From Candidatus Eiseniibacteriota bacterium (lineage in GTDB: Bacteria; Eisenbacteria; RBG-16-71-46): a DNA stretch of 64,000 bases. Positions within the stretch are counted from its first letter, which is position 1. Each line of letters begins with the position of its first letter. Below the pieces are notes generated by a model. It saw only the letters and a list, made by a program, of their open reading frames with translations. It made no database searches and had not been told where the DNA came from. Position numbers and translations under genes: made by a program. Below are positions 33,295 to 43,656 of the stretch, in pieces. The stretch lies in the NCBI GenBank assembly GCA_963717505.1, contig OY970342.1:3872001-3936000 (forward strand), given 5' to 3'.

Positions 33295-35115
33295 ATGCAG
33301 ATGCTTCGCTTCTTGCGGATGGGCAGCAAGCGCACGAAGACGATCTGGTGGATCATGATCGTCGTCACGGTCGTCACCTTCCTCGGTGGATTCGTCTTCC
33401 TGCTCGGCTCGGGGCTCGACTCGGGGTTCCAGGCCCAGGCGACCGGCGCGGTCGGCGTCGTGGATGGCGACCTGATCGGGCGCAACGAATACCAGAATGC
33501 CGTCGCCGAACAGCGCATGGCCCACCAGCGGACGTACGGCACCGATCCGCAGGACCAGGATTTGAAGAACGTCGAGGCGCAGGCCTGGCGGTCGCTGATC
33601 TATCAGCGGCTGCTGTCGCAGCGAGCTCGCGCACTCGGGCTCGGCGCCAGCGACGGGGAGGTCGTGTTCTCGCTCCGGGTTTCGCCGCCCCCCGCGCTCC
33701 AGTCCCAGCCGATGTTTCAGACCGACGGCCAGTTCGACTACACCAAGTACCAGGCGGCGCTCCAGGATCCCAACAACAACTGGGGCCCGTTCGAAGAGAT
33801 GACTCGGGAACAGATCCCGGTGCGCAAGCTCCAGGAACGCCTGCTGGCCTCGATCAAGGCCTCGGAGCCGGAGCTGCGCGACCAGTATCATGTCCAGTTC
33901 GATCGGCTCGACGCCACCGTCGTCCAGGTGCAGCCCGAGATGGGCGGCGAGGCGCGGAACGTGAGCGAGGCGGACATGGAGCGGGTGCTCGAGAAGTACC
34001 GGAATCGCTTCGTCGCCGCCGCCCACACCGAGCTGGAAGTCCTGACCGTGCCGAAGCCGATCGGCGAAGCCGAGATCGCCTCGGCGCGCGAATTGTCGCA
34101 ATCCCTGGCCGACCGGATCCGGGCCGGCGAGGATTTCAGTGATTTGGCTCGGGACTACTCCGAGGGCCCGGCCGCGGATCAGGGCGGGGTCATCGAACGC
34201 CCGTTTCAGCCCGGGGACTTCGACGGCGCACTCGGCGCCCGGTTCGCAGCGCTCGAGCCCGGCCAGATCATGGATCCCTTTCAGGACCAGACGCGTTACG
34301 TCATCGTTCGCCGACTCGAGTCGCGCGAGGGCGACCCTCCGGGCAGCATCCGATTGGCGCAGATCGTCATCCGGGTGCGTGCGAACGACGACGAGGTTCG
34401 TGCCCAGCACGAGCGTCTGACCCGGATTCGCAAGCACGCGGGCCGCATCGGTCTCGGTCGCGCAGCGACCGAAGAAGGCATGGCCACGTTCTCGACCGGC
34501 CCGTTCACCATCAACTCGCCGCCCAACGTCCTGCAGGGTGTGCCCGAAGCCGCCGACTGGGGCGTGAGTGCCAAGGTCCGCGAGATCAGCCCCCTGTTCG
34601 AAGGCCGCGACGAGTTCCTGATCGCCCAGGTGACCCGCCAGGTTCCGGCCGGACCGGCCCCGCGCGAAGAGATCGAGCCGGACCTGCGCCAAGTCGCGGA
34701 AATGGACCTGCGCCTGCAGGGGTCCAAGCCGAAGGTCGACGCGGTCGCGCAGGCGGTCGCCCAGGGCCAGACGCTCGAAGCCGCGGCCCGCGCCCAGGGC
34801 CTCGAGGTTCAGACCGTGCACAACCTGACCCGGACCGGATCGGAAACCGTGCTCGCGAATGCTCCGGAGGTGCGCGGAATGCTGTTCGGTTCCAAGCCCG
34901 GACAGGTCGTCGGCCCGTTTCAGGGTCTCGACGCGTGGTACCTGGTGCGAGTCGACGCGTTCACCGCGGCCGACACGTCGGCGTTCGGCCCATTGCGCGA
35001 ACAGGTGATGAACGACGTCGTGCAACGCCGGCAGAGAATGTTCCTGGCGTCGTACCTGAACGAGCTGCGGCTCGGGGCCAAGGTCAAGGACCTGCGCAGC
35101 ACCGGCGCCAACTAG
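33295..35115 (+). CDS. ppiD: PpiD/SurA-like membrane-anchored peptidyl-prolyl isomerase/chaperone
   Basis: N-terminal TM anchor, SurA N-like region (FQTDGQFD..KY), and parvulin motif GEDFSDLARDYSE..AADQGG. Confidence 0.8.
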   Translation: MQMLRFLRMGSKRTKTIWWIMIVVTVVTFLGGFVFLLGSGLDSGFQAQATGAVGVVDGDLIGRNEYQNAVAEQRMAHQRTYGTDPQDQDLKNVEAQAWRSLIYQRLLSQRARALGLGASDGEVVFSLRVSPPPALQSQPMFQTDGQFDYTKYQAALQDPNNNWGPFEEMTREQIPVRKLQERLLASIKASEPELRDQYHVQFDRLDATVVQVQPEMGGEARNVSEADMERVLEKYRNRFVAAAHTELEVLTVPKPIGEAEIASARELSQSLADRIRAGEDFSDLARDYSEGPAADQGGVIERPFQPGDFDGALGARFAALEPGQIMDPFQDQTRYVIVRRLESREGDPPGSIRLAQIVIRVRANDDEVRAQHERLTRIRKHAGRIGLGRAATEEGMATFSTGPFTINSPPNVLQGVPEAADWGVSAKVREISPLFEGRDEFLIAQVTRQVPAGPAPREEIEPDLRQVAEMDLRLQGSKPKVDAVAQAVAQGQTLEAAARAQGLEVQTVHNLTRTGSETVLANAPEVRGMLFGSKPGQVVGPFQGLDAWYLVRVDAFTAADTSAFGPLREQVMNDVVQRRQRMFLASYLNELRLGAKVKDLRSTGAN

Positions 35116-35147
35116 TCGGAAGCCAACGCTTGCCGTGCGGGCGACGA

Positions 35148-35354
35148 CTAGCCGATCGGCTTGTTGTCGCCCGACTTCTTGTCGTCCGGCGACTCCTCGC
35201 GCGTGATCTCGTCACCGATCTCACGCTGCGCCTTCCGGAACTCCCGCAGCGCCTGGCCCATGCCCTTGGCCATCTTCGGGATCTGACTGGGCCCGAACAC
35301 CAGCAGAATGATCACGAACAGGACCAGGAGTTCCGTGCCACCGAGTCCAAACAC
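35148..35354 (-). CDS. tatA: Twin-arginine translocase TatA
   Basis: FGLGGTELLVLFVIILLVFGPSQIPKMAKGMGQALREFRK. Confidence 0.92.
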   Translation of the reverse strand: MFGLGGTELLVLFVIILLVFGPSQIPKMAKGMGQALREFRKAQREIGDEITREESPDDKKSGDNKPIG

Positions 35355-35384
35355 ATTCCTCTCCCGCGGCCGCGGCCGCTCAGA

Positions 35385-35807
35385 TCAATCGAGGCGGAGT
35401 CGGCTGCGGTCGCTGCCGATCACCACCGTGACTTCCGCCAGATCGGATGTCCAGGACTGACGGATGACGGGCGGTCCCCCCAGGTAGCGGGCGACGGCCT
35501 GTGCCGAAGATACATCTTCCCGGCGGGCCACGACCATCGAGGCAAAGTAGTCGGAGCGGTCGGCGTTGCGCACGTCGGAGACGTGGTAGCCGCCTTCACG
35601 CAGGCGCGAGGCCACGCGCGCGGCGACCCCGGCCTCGCCCGAACCGTTGAGGACCTGCACCCGGACCACGCGATTCCCCGGGCCGTGCGTCACCTGCGAC
35701 GAGCGCGGCCGCACGCGCGCCCAGACCGCCGACAGCGCGAGCGCCACGACCACGATCCCGAGCACTCCCACGACCACACGGCCGACCGGACGATTAGCGG
35801 CGGCCAC
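35385..35807 (-). CDS. LytR C-terminal domain membrane protein
   Basis: TM helix followed by VQVLNGSGEAGVAA...NAD...VTVVIGSD. Confidence 0.8.
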   Translation of the reverse strand: MAAANRPVGRVVVGVLGIVVVALALSAVWARVRPRSSQVTHGPGNRVVRVQVLNGSGEAGVAARVASRLREGGYHVSDVRNADRSDYFASMVVARREDVSSAQAVARYLGGPPVIRQSWTSDLAEVTVVIGSDRSRLRLD

Positions 35808-36375
35808 GCGCTGGCTTCTCCGGTGATCGCGCCGCTCGGCTGAGCCGTGCCCAGGTGCGGGCGAGCGACTCGGGCAGCACCTTGGTGCCGGCAACCACCG
35901 GCATGAAATTGGTGTCGCCGTCCCACCGCGGAACCAGGTGCAGGTGCAGATGCCCGGGAAAACCGGCGCCGGCCACCCGCCCCCGATTGGCGCCGTAGTT
36001 GACGCCGTCGGGCCGGTACTCGAGCGCCAGGATTCGCTCGGCGAGTGCCGTCAGCTCGATCAGGTCGGCGCGCTCGCCGGCCTCGAGTTCGCCAAATGCC
36101 GCCGCGTGACGGCGCACCGCGACCATCAGGTGCCCCGGGTTGTAGGGAAAACGGTTGAGCATGAGCAGCGCCTTCTCGCGGCGCGCGATCACCAGGTCCG
36201 CGCGATCGCTCCGGCGCGACGACACCAGGCAGAACAGACAAGCTTCCTGGGGCGGCTTGCGGGTCCGGGCCGACGACGACCCGCGGCGCGACGGCCGCGA
36301 TGCGCGCCCGATGTAGGCGGCCCGCCACGGCGCCCACAGCCGTTCGAGACCGCGGGGGTCAGCCCTGCGTGCCAC
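35794..36375 (-). CDS. HIT family nucleotide hydrolase
   Basis: LWAPWR, CLFC, LNRFPYNPGHLMV and HLHLHLVPRW. Confidence 0.9.
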   Translation of the reverse strand: MARRADPRGLERLWAPWRAAYIGRASRPSRRGSSSARTRKPPQEACLFCLVSSRRSDRADLVIARREKALLMLNRFPYNPGHLMVAVRRHAAAFGELEAGERADLIELTALAERILALEYRPDGVNYGANRGRVAGAGFPGHLHLHLVPRWDGDTNFMPVVAGTKVLPESLARTWARLSRAARSPEKPARGRR

Positions 36376-37147
36376 GCTGGCCTCCGTTGTGACGCATCTG
36401 CTGGTAGACACGCTCGACTTCCTCGAGCTGGGCCGGGGTGTTGATGCCCATCAGCTCGCGGTAATCCGGAGCGCAGACCACCGCGACCCGCTGCCCGGCG
36501 GCACGGATCGACTCCATGGTGTCGGTGAGATAGTACTCGCCCTGATCGTTGTGGGCCGTCAGGCCAGCCAGAGCGCGGGCCAGGGCCGGGTAGTGAAACG
36601 CGTAGATTCCGGAATTGACCTCGGCGATCGCACGCTCCTTCTCGCCGGCGTCGCGATGTTCGACGATTCGCACCAGGGACTCGTCAGCGCCGCGCACGAT
36701 GCGCCCGTAGCCGGTCGGGTCGGGAAGGCGCATCGACAGCACCGTCGCCGAAGCGCCCGACCGGGCGTGGTGCTCGAGCAGCGCATGGAGCGTGCCCGCG
36801 CGCAACAAGGGCGTATCGCCGCAGACCACGAGCAGTGTCCCCTCGAAATCTTCGAGCAGCGGCGCGGCCATGAGCACGGCATGCCCGGTGCCGCGCTGCT
36901 CGGCCTGAATCACCCACTCGACGTCGCGCCCGGCGAACGTCGCCTGCACGCGGTCCCGCTGGTGGCCGATGACCACCATGGTCCGGCCGACGCCGAGGCG
37001 GTCGAGGCAGTCGAGCACGTGACCGAGCAGCGGCCGGCCCGCCATCGTGTGCAGCACCTTGGCCAGGTCGCTGTTCATGCGCGTGCCCTGGCCCGCGGCC
37101 AGCACCAGTGCCGTCACCCCAGGATGTCGGTTCAGGGCGGCCCCCAT
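36359..37147 (-). CDS. GlmU-type N-terminal uridylyltransferase domain only
   Basis: LAAGQGTRMNSDLAKVLH, QRGTGHAV, PTGYGRIVR and NDQGEYYLTD; ends before the hexapeptide acetyltransferase domain. Confidence 0.85.
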   Translation of the reverse strand: MGAALNRHPGVTALVLAAGQGTRMNSDLAKVLHTMAGRPLLGHVLDCLDRLGVGRTMVVIGHQRDRVQATFAGRDVEWVIQAEQRGTGHAVLMAAPLLEDFEGTLLVVCGDTPLLRAGTLHALLEHHARSGASATVLSMRLPDPTGYGRIVRGADESLVRIVEHRDAGEKERAIAEVNSGIYAFHYPALARALAGLTAHNDQGEYYLTDTMESIRAAGQRVAVVCAPDYRELMGINTPAQLEEVERVYQQMRHNGGQRGTQG

Positions 37148-37980
37148 TCGAAGTTGTCGATCAGCCGGGTGCCTCCGATGCGGGCGGCCACCGCGACCAG
37201 CACCCGACCGCGCACGCGGCCGACCGGAGCCAGCGAGCGGGCATCGACGATCGCGACGTAGTCTTCGCGCACGCGCGGGTGGCGCTTCAACTCCGAGCGG
37301 ATCGCGCGCAGCAGGCGCGGCACCCCCCGTTCGCCGCCTCCGAGCGCGCGCTTCGCGGCCGCGAGGCCGCGGGACAACGCCACCGCCTGAGTGCGCTCGG
37401 CAGCACTCAAATACGCGTTGCGCGACGAACAAGCCAGGCCGTCGGCTTCGCGGCGGGTCGCGCCGCGTCGCACCCGCACCGGCAGCAGCAGATCGCGGAC
37501 CATGCGCTCGACCAGTATGGCCTGCTGCGCATCCTTCTGGCCGAGCCAGAGATCGTCGGGCTGGACGGCGCCGAGCAGTTTGGCGACCACCGTGGTCACG
37601 CCGGTGAAATGGCCGGGCCGCGACGCGCCCTCGAGGACCTGATCGAGCCCCTCGACCCGCACCCGCGTACGCTCATCCGGCGGGTAGAGATCGGCGACCT
37701 CGGGCAGCCACAGCAGGTCGACGCCCGCCGATCGCAGCAACGCCCGGTCCCGGGCGAGCGGGCGCGGATAGCGGGCGAAGTCTTCGCGCGGTCCGAACTG
37801 GAGCGGATTGACGAAGATGCTCGCCACCAGTCGCCGCGCCGAGGCGCGCGCGCGGCGCACCAGGCTCAGGTGCCCGGCGTGCAGCGCTCCCATGGTCGGA
37901 ACGAATGCGATCCGTTCGCCCCGGCGGCGCCATGGGGCCATGGCCCGGCGCAAGGCGCCAACCGATCGGACGACGCGCAT
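37132..37980 (-). CDS. panC: Pantoate-beta-alanine ligase
   Basis: VPTMGALHAGH, SIFVNPLQF, RPGHFTGV, GQKDAQQ, SSRN and RLIDN. Confidence 0.96.
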   Translation of the reverse strand: MRVVRSVGALRRAMAPWRRRGERIAFVPTMGALHAGHLSLVRRARASARRLVASIFVNPLQFGPREDFARYPRPLARDRALLRSAGVDLLWLPEVADLYPPDERTRVRVEGLDQVLEGASRPGHFTGVTTVVAKLLGAVQPDDLWLGQKDAQQAILVERMVRDLLLPVRVRRGATRREADGLACSSRNAYLSAAERTQAVALSRGLAAAKRALGGGERGVPRLLRAIRSELKRHPRVREDYVAIVDARSLAPVGRVRGRVLVAVAARIGGTRLIDNFEWGPP

Positions 37981-38042
37981 GGCGCCGCCGCGCACCGCGG
38001 GGCGCCCGCCCGTCCGTGGGCGCCGGCGTCCTCGCGCAGCGC

Positions 38043-38876
38043 TCAATACGACTCCCGCTCGCTCGGGAAGCGGCGCTGCCGGACGTCGTCGACGTAACGC
38101 TCGAACGCCTCGCGCATCACCTTCGCCAGCTCGGCGTAGCGGCGCACGAATTTCGGCGTGTGGCCGAGATAGAGGCCGAGCAGGTCGTGACTGACCAGCA
38201 CCTGGCCGTCGCACGCCGGGCCGGCGCCGATCCCGATGGTGGGCACCGTGAGCCCGCGACTGATCTCGCCGCCGAGGCGCGCCGGGATGCCCTCGAGCAC
38301 GATCGCGAAGCACCCGGCTTGCTCGAGCATCCGGGACTCGCGCAGGAGGCGTTCCTGGTCGCCTTCGCCCCGGCCCTGCACCTTGTAGCCGCCCATCGCC
38401 AGGACCGACTGCGGCGTCAATCCGAGATGGCCCATCACCGGAATCCCGATCTCGACGATGCGGCGCACAGCGTCGGCGACGCGCTCACCGCCCTCGAGTT
38501 TGACCGCGTCCGCGCCGCCCTCCTGGACCAGGCGACCGGCGTTCAACACCGCCTGCTCGACGCTGACCTGGTACGACATGAACGGCAGGTCGCCGACCAC
38601 CAGTGCCGCTGTCTTGGCTCGCGTCACCGCGCGCGTGTGATGCAGCATGTCCTCCATGGTCACAGGTAGCGTGCTGTCGTAGCCGAGGACCACGGTGCCC
38701 AGGCTGTCGCCGACCAGGATCACATCCATGCCGGCTTCGTCGGCGAGGCGCGCGGTCGGAAAGTCGTAGGCGGTGACCACCGCAATCGGCTCGCTCCGCC
38801 GCTTCATCGCGGCGAGCTCGGGAGCCCTGACCTTGGACCGCGGGGTGCGCGAGGCGCCCACGCCCGGTTCGCTCAT
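38043..38876 (-). CDS. panB: Ketopantoate hydroxymethyltransferase
   Basis: TAYD, LVGDSLG, VKLEGG, MGHLGLTPQ and IGIGAG. Confidence 0.97.
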   Translation of the reverse strand: MSEPGVGASRTPRSKVRAPELAAMKRRSEPIAVVTAYDFPTARLADEAGMDVILVGDSLGTVVLGYDSTLPVTMEDMLHHTRAVTRAKTAALVVGDLPFMSYQVSVEQAVLNAGRLVQEGGADAVKLEGGERVADAVRRIVEIGIPVMGHLGLTPQSVLAMGGYKVQGRGEGDQERLLRESRMLEQAGCFAIVLEGIPARLGGEISRGLTVPTIGIGAGPACDGQVLVSHDLLGLYLGHTPKFVRRYAELAKVMREAFERYVDDVRQRRFPSERESY

Positions 38877-38904
38877 GTCACTGCCTCCTGGGCGCCCTAC
38901 GGCG

Positions 38905-39555
38905 TCAGGTCGCCGCGCCCCGGTCGATGGGCGCGTAGTACGTGGTCCCGGCCCGGTGGGTCAGGATGCGATTCAGCAGGTCCTCGAAGTCGGCGGTGTT
39001 GTTCACGAAATCGATGCCGTTGGTGTTCACGACCAGCAGCGGCGCCTCGGTGAAGTGAAAGAAGAAGTGATTGTAGGCCTCGTTGAGCTGGCGAATGTAG
39101 TCGCGTTGCATGTCTCGCTCGAACGGCCGGCCCCGCCGGCCGATGCGCATCATGAGGGTGTCCGGGTTGGCCTGCAAATAGACCACGATATCGGGTTTCA
39201 TGACGTCGAGCTCGAGCCAGCCGACCAAACGCTCGTACAGCGCCAGCTCGCGCTCCGACAGGTTGAGTCCGGCGAAGATCCGATCCTTCTGGAACAGATA
39301 GTCGGAGATCATGCGCTCGCTGAACAGCTCCAGCTGGCGCAGCGAACGCTGTTGCTGGTATCGGCTAAACAGGAAATGCATCTGCGTCTGAAACGCGAAG
39401 CGCGCCCGGTCCTGGTAGAAGTCCTTGAGGAACGGATTCTCCTCGACTTCCTCGAGCACCAGTCGGGCCTGGAGTCGTTCGCTGAGCAGGCGCGCCAGGC
39501 TGGTCTTGCCGACCCCGATCACGCCCTCGACCACGACGTAGCGATTGTCGGGCAT
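38905..39555 (-). CDS. Deoxynucleoside kinase
   Basis: VEGVIGVGKTSL, ENPFL.DFY and RGRPFE. Confidence 0.9.
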   Translation of the reverse strand: MPDNRYVVVEGVIGVGKTSLARLLSERLQARLVLEEVEENPFLKDFYQDRARFAFQTQMHFLFSRYQQQRSLRQLELFSERMISDYLFQKDRIFAGLNLSERELALYERLVGWLELDVMKPDIVVYLQANPDTLMMRIGRRGRPFERDMQRDYIRQLNEAYNHFFFHFTEAPLLVVNTNGIDFVNNTADFEDLLNRILTHRAGTTYYAPIDRGAAT

Positions 39556-39611
39556 CGGGGGTCAGCGAGTTCCGGATCGAGCCCAGGACATCGTGAGGCG
39601 CGCGGCCGGCG

Positions 39612-40139
39612 TCAGTTCCACAGCCGGTTGCCGCGCCGGACTGGTGGCCGCTCGCCGAGCCCGGACAGATGATGGAGCAGGGTCTGGCCGGTCACCGGAT
39701 GAATCAGCAGCGGCTCCAGCTCGACCAGCGGCACCAGCACGAACGATCGCCGGGTCAGCTCGGGGTGCGGGACTTTGAGGTCGGGCTCGTCGAGGATCAG
39801 CCGGTCGTAGAGCAGCAGGTCGAGATCGATCGTGCGCGGCCCCCACCGCTGATGGGGTCGCACGCGCCCCAGGCGCTTCTCGATCAGCAGCAGGTTCCAC
39901 AAGAGCTGCCGAGGCGTCAGCCCGGTCTCGATCAGGGCGACGGCATTCAGGAAGTTCGGCTGCTCGACCTCCCCGGCGGGTTCGCTGTCGTAGAGCGACG
40001 AAGCCCGCACCAGCTGGGTTGCGGGCAGGCGCGCCAGGTCGTCGAGCGCCATGCGGATCATGGTTTCGCGGTCGCCGAGGTTCGAGCCGAGGCCGACGAA
40101 GGCCTTCATCCGAATGCCGGCCTCGGGGGCGACGCTCAT
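39612..40139 (-). CDS. folK: 6-hydroxymethyl-7,8-dihydropterin pyrophosphokinase
   Basis: GLGSNLGDR, FLNAV, WGPRTIDLDLL and PHP..RSFVL. Confidence 0.95.
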   Translation of the reverse strand: MSVAPEAGIRMKAFVGLGSNLGDRETMIRMALDDLARLPATQLVRASSLYDSEPAGEVEQPNFLNAVALIETGLTPRQLLWNLLLIEKRLGRVRPHQRWGPRTIDLDLLLYDRLILDEPDLKVPHPELTRRSFVLVPLVELEPLLIHPVTGQTLLHHLSGLGERPPVRRGNRLWN

Positions 40140-40495
40140 GCCCGTCGCTCGCGGACCACTTCGATCACGGCCCGGCCTCCGGTGGTCCAACCTAGGTTCT
40201 GCTTGGCGATTCGCACCAGCACGCGCCGCACGCGGAATTGCTCGAGTACGGTTTCGGCGACGCTGGCCCCGAGGGCTTCGAGCAAGTGAAAGCTCTTGCC
40301 CTCGACCACGTCCTTTACGGTTCGGTACAGGCGATCGTAGTCCACGGCATCGGCCAGCTTATCCGAGCGTTCGGCGGCGTCGTCAGCCGGGTCCAGCTCG
40401 ATGTCGACCTCGAGCCGCTGGCCGGCCTCTTTCTCATAGGGTCGGGCACCGTGATGTCCGAACACCGACAGCCCTTCCAGCCGGATCCTGGCCAA
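40136..40495 (-). CDS. folB: Dihydroneopterin aldolase
   Basis: TTG start after AGAGGAGG; FGHHGA..EK..GQRLEVD, AVDY, FHLLE and IAK. Confidence 0.92.
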   Translation of the reverse strand: MARIRLEGLSVFGHHGARPYEKEAGQRLEVDIELDPADDAAERSDKLADAVDYDRLYRTVKDVVEGKSFHLLEALGASVAETVLEQFRVRRVLVRIAKQNLGWTTGGRAVIEVVRERRA

Positions 40496-40584
40496 CGCCC
40501 CTCCTCTGAAGACACGAAAGCGGACGGCCGAGGTCGGCCGACCGCCGATTGCCGGACGGAGGATAGGAAGGGGGTCCGGGTGGG

Positions 40585-43500
40585 TCAAACCGCCGGTAGA
40601 GCGCCCGGTTCGCGTTTGGGCGCCGCCTTGGGTCCCCACCGCCACACGCGCGCCGCCAGGTTCTGCGAGTCCTCGATCACCGTGTAGAGCATGGGCACGA
40701 GCAGCAGCGTGAGCACGGTCGCCGACGCCAGGCCGCCGATCACCGTGCGCGCCAGCGGGAAGTACATGATGTCGCCGACGTTGGCCTTGCCGATCGCGAG
40801 CGGCAAGAGGCCGAGGATGGTCACGGTCGTGGTCATCAGGATCGGACGCAGACGGTGGCGTCCCGCCTGGAGAATCGCCTCCGTGCGGTCCAGGCCGCGC
40901 TCGCGCAGCTGGTGCATGTGGTGGATGAGCACGATGCCGTTGTTCACCACGATACCCATCAGGATCAGGATTCCGATCTGCGACATCAGGTTGAACGGCG
41001 TCCCGGTGATCAGGTCGAGCCAGGCGATGCCGACGAACGCGAACGGCAGCGCAAACATGATCGCGAACGGGTGGCTCAGCGACTCGAACAGCCCGGCCAT
41101 CACGAAATAGACCAGGAACAGCGCGAGCAGCATGTTGATCAGCAGCTCCTGCTGGGTCTGGTCCTCCTCCTCGAAGCCAAACCCGTACGACCACGAGTAC
41201 CCGGCCGGGAACGTCATCGCCGTTCATCACGCGGGTGGCTTCCTTGCGCACCTCGCCGCCTTTGCTCGCGGCGAAATTGCCGCCGACCACCACGATCGAG
41301 CGGCGCTGTTGGCGCTGGATCTGGCCGGGGGTTTCGACCGTGCGGAAGTCGGCGACCGCGGCGAGCGGCACGCGCTCGCCCTCGGGGGTGAACAGCGACA
41401 TGTCTTCGAGCTGGCTCATGCGCTCGCGGTCTTCGGGAGCCAGGCGCGCGTTGACTTCGACGTCGCCATCCGGACCCCGGAACCGGGCCAGCGGCCGCCC
41501 GCGGAAGAACAGCGCGACATCCCCCGCGACTCCGGAGGGCGTGAGACCGTAGTGCCGCGTCTCGGGCCCGCGCACCGAAACCTGGACCTCGCGTCGCCCC
41601 TTCTCGCCGCCGACCGCCACGTCGGTCAAGCCCTCGACCTGCGACAGCCGGCGCTCGACCTCTTCGGCCAGCATGTCCATGCGCGGCCCGGGATCGCCGA
41701 ACAATCGCACCACCAGCCGGGACGCCCCGGATTCTTCGTCCTGCCCCTGCAGCTCGAGCTTGGCGCCCGGCAGCTCGGGAATGCGCTTGCGCATCCATTC
41801 GCGGACCTCTTGCGCCCCGTCGTCGCTTGCGTGCGAATCCTCGAGGTAGGCGCGGGTAAACGCGAAGTTGTTGGTGAAGAACGAGTAGGTGGACTTGACG
41901 TGCATCGAGTCCTTGTTCGCGCGGATCCAGGACTCGATCCGCGTCACGTAGCGCTCGGCTTCGAGATGATTCACGTTGTCCGCGAATTCGTAGGTGACCT
42001 GCACCGACTCGACCTTGGTGCCGGTGAACGCGCTCTTGTCCACCGGCATGAAGGCTGCGACCGCCGATGCGAACAGAACGAAGCCGAAGGCCGTGGTTCG
42101 CACACGGTGGACCAGCGTCCACTCCAGCAACCGCTGGTACCTGTCCCCGAGCCATTCGACCACGCCGATACGCGGCGAGATCCCGCCGGGCAGGACGCGT
42201 CCCATCGCCAGCGGAATCGCGGTCAAGCGACAGGAACAACGAGCAGAGCAGCGTGAAGATGATGGTGCGCCCGACCTCGCCGATCCAGGTCGAGATCTCG
42301 GTGCGCGCCGCCGAGCACCAGCGGCAGGAACACGATCATCGAGGTCATGGTCGAGCTGATCACCGCCGGCAGCACTTCACGCGAGCCGCGCAGCGCGGCC
42401 CGCATCCGGCCCATGCCTTCGATGCGCAGGCGCTCGATGCTCTCGAGCACCACGACGGCGTTGTCGACGAGCATACCGACGGCCAGCATCAGCCCCATCA
42501 TCGACAGGATGTTGAGTGTGCGTCCGGTGAAGAACATCAGAGCCGCGGCCGCGAGCAGCGACACCGGAATGGTCAACGCCACCACCAGCGTTGCGGCCAG
42601 CCGGCGCAGGAAGAAGAACAGGACGCCGGTCGCCAGCAACGCGCCGATGATGCCCGCCTCGAGCAGGCCGTGGATCGAGTTGCGGATCTGCTCGGCCTGG
42701 TCGGTGAAGGTCAGCACCTGGATGCCTTCCAGCGCCGGATCGTCCTTCATGGTCGCCAGCACCTTGCGGGCGCGCGACGCCACCGCCACGGTGTTGGCGC
42801 CCGATTCCTTGATGACGTTGAGCCCGATCGCGCGCGTGTCGTCGAGGTGGCGGCCGTAGTCGAGGTCGGGCTCGGCATAGGCCACGGTCGCCACGTCGCC
42901 GAGCCTCAGACCCTGGTCGTTGATCGGGAAGCTCTTCGATCTCCTCGAGGCTGCGGAACTGGTTGACGACCCGCAGCGGCCACTCCTGGTCGCCCCGACG
43001 CAACTGGCCGGCATTGAGGCTGCGGTTGGAGGCGTCGAGCTTCTCGACCACGTCCCGGGCCTCGAGCCCGTGGCGGCGGAGCGCGTCCATGCGGAACAGC
43101 GATCTGCACTTCGGGCGGATCGACGCCGTACAGCTCGACCTTGGCCACGCCCGGAACGCGGCGCAGCGGGTCGGCGATGTGGCGGTTGAGCAGCTCGTAG
43201 TCGCGCGACAGGTCGCGGTCGGCCGAGATCCGGCACTCGAGCACCGGAATGTCCGACGAGCGGAAGCTGTTGACGTGGATCTGGTCGACGTCGGCCGGCA
43301 GCTCGGTCGCGGATGCGCTCGAGCTTCTCGCGCGCCTCGACGCGCAGCGGCTCGATGTCCTCGCCCCAGTCGAACTGGACGTAGATGTTGGCCGAGTTCG
43401 CCGACGACCACGAGTTGATCCGCCGCACCCGGCTCAGCGTCGCGAGCGCCTCCTCGGCCGGGCGCGTGATCTCCTCCTCCACCTGGGCCGGCAGCGCGTT

Positions 43501-43656
43501 CGGGTACGGGATGTTGATCTCGAGCCCGGGGAAATCGACCTCGGGCAGGAACGCCAGCGGCAGGCGGGTCGCCGACACGGCGCCCATCACCAGCATGCAC
43601 ACGATCACCATGCTGGCGGTGATCGGGTAGCGCAGGCTCCAGCGCGGCAGGTTCAC
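40585..43656 (-). CDS. RND efflux permease (second subunit), split by indels
   Basis: [37 protein letters not shown] and RLRPILMTT. Confidence 0.9.
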
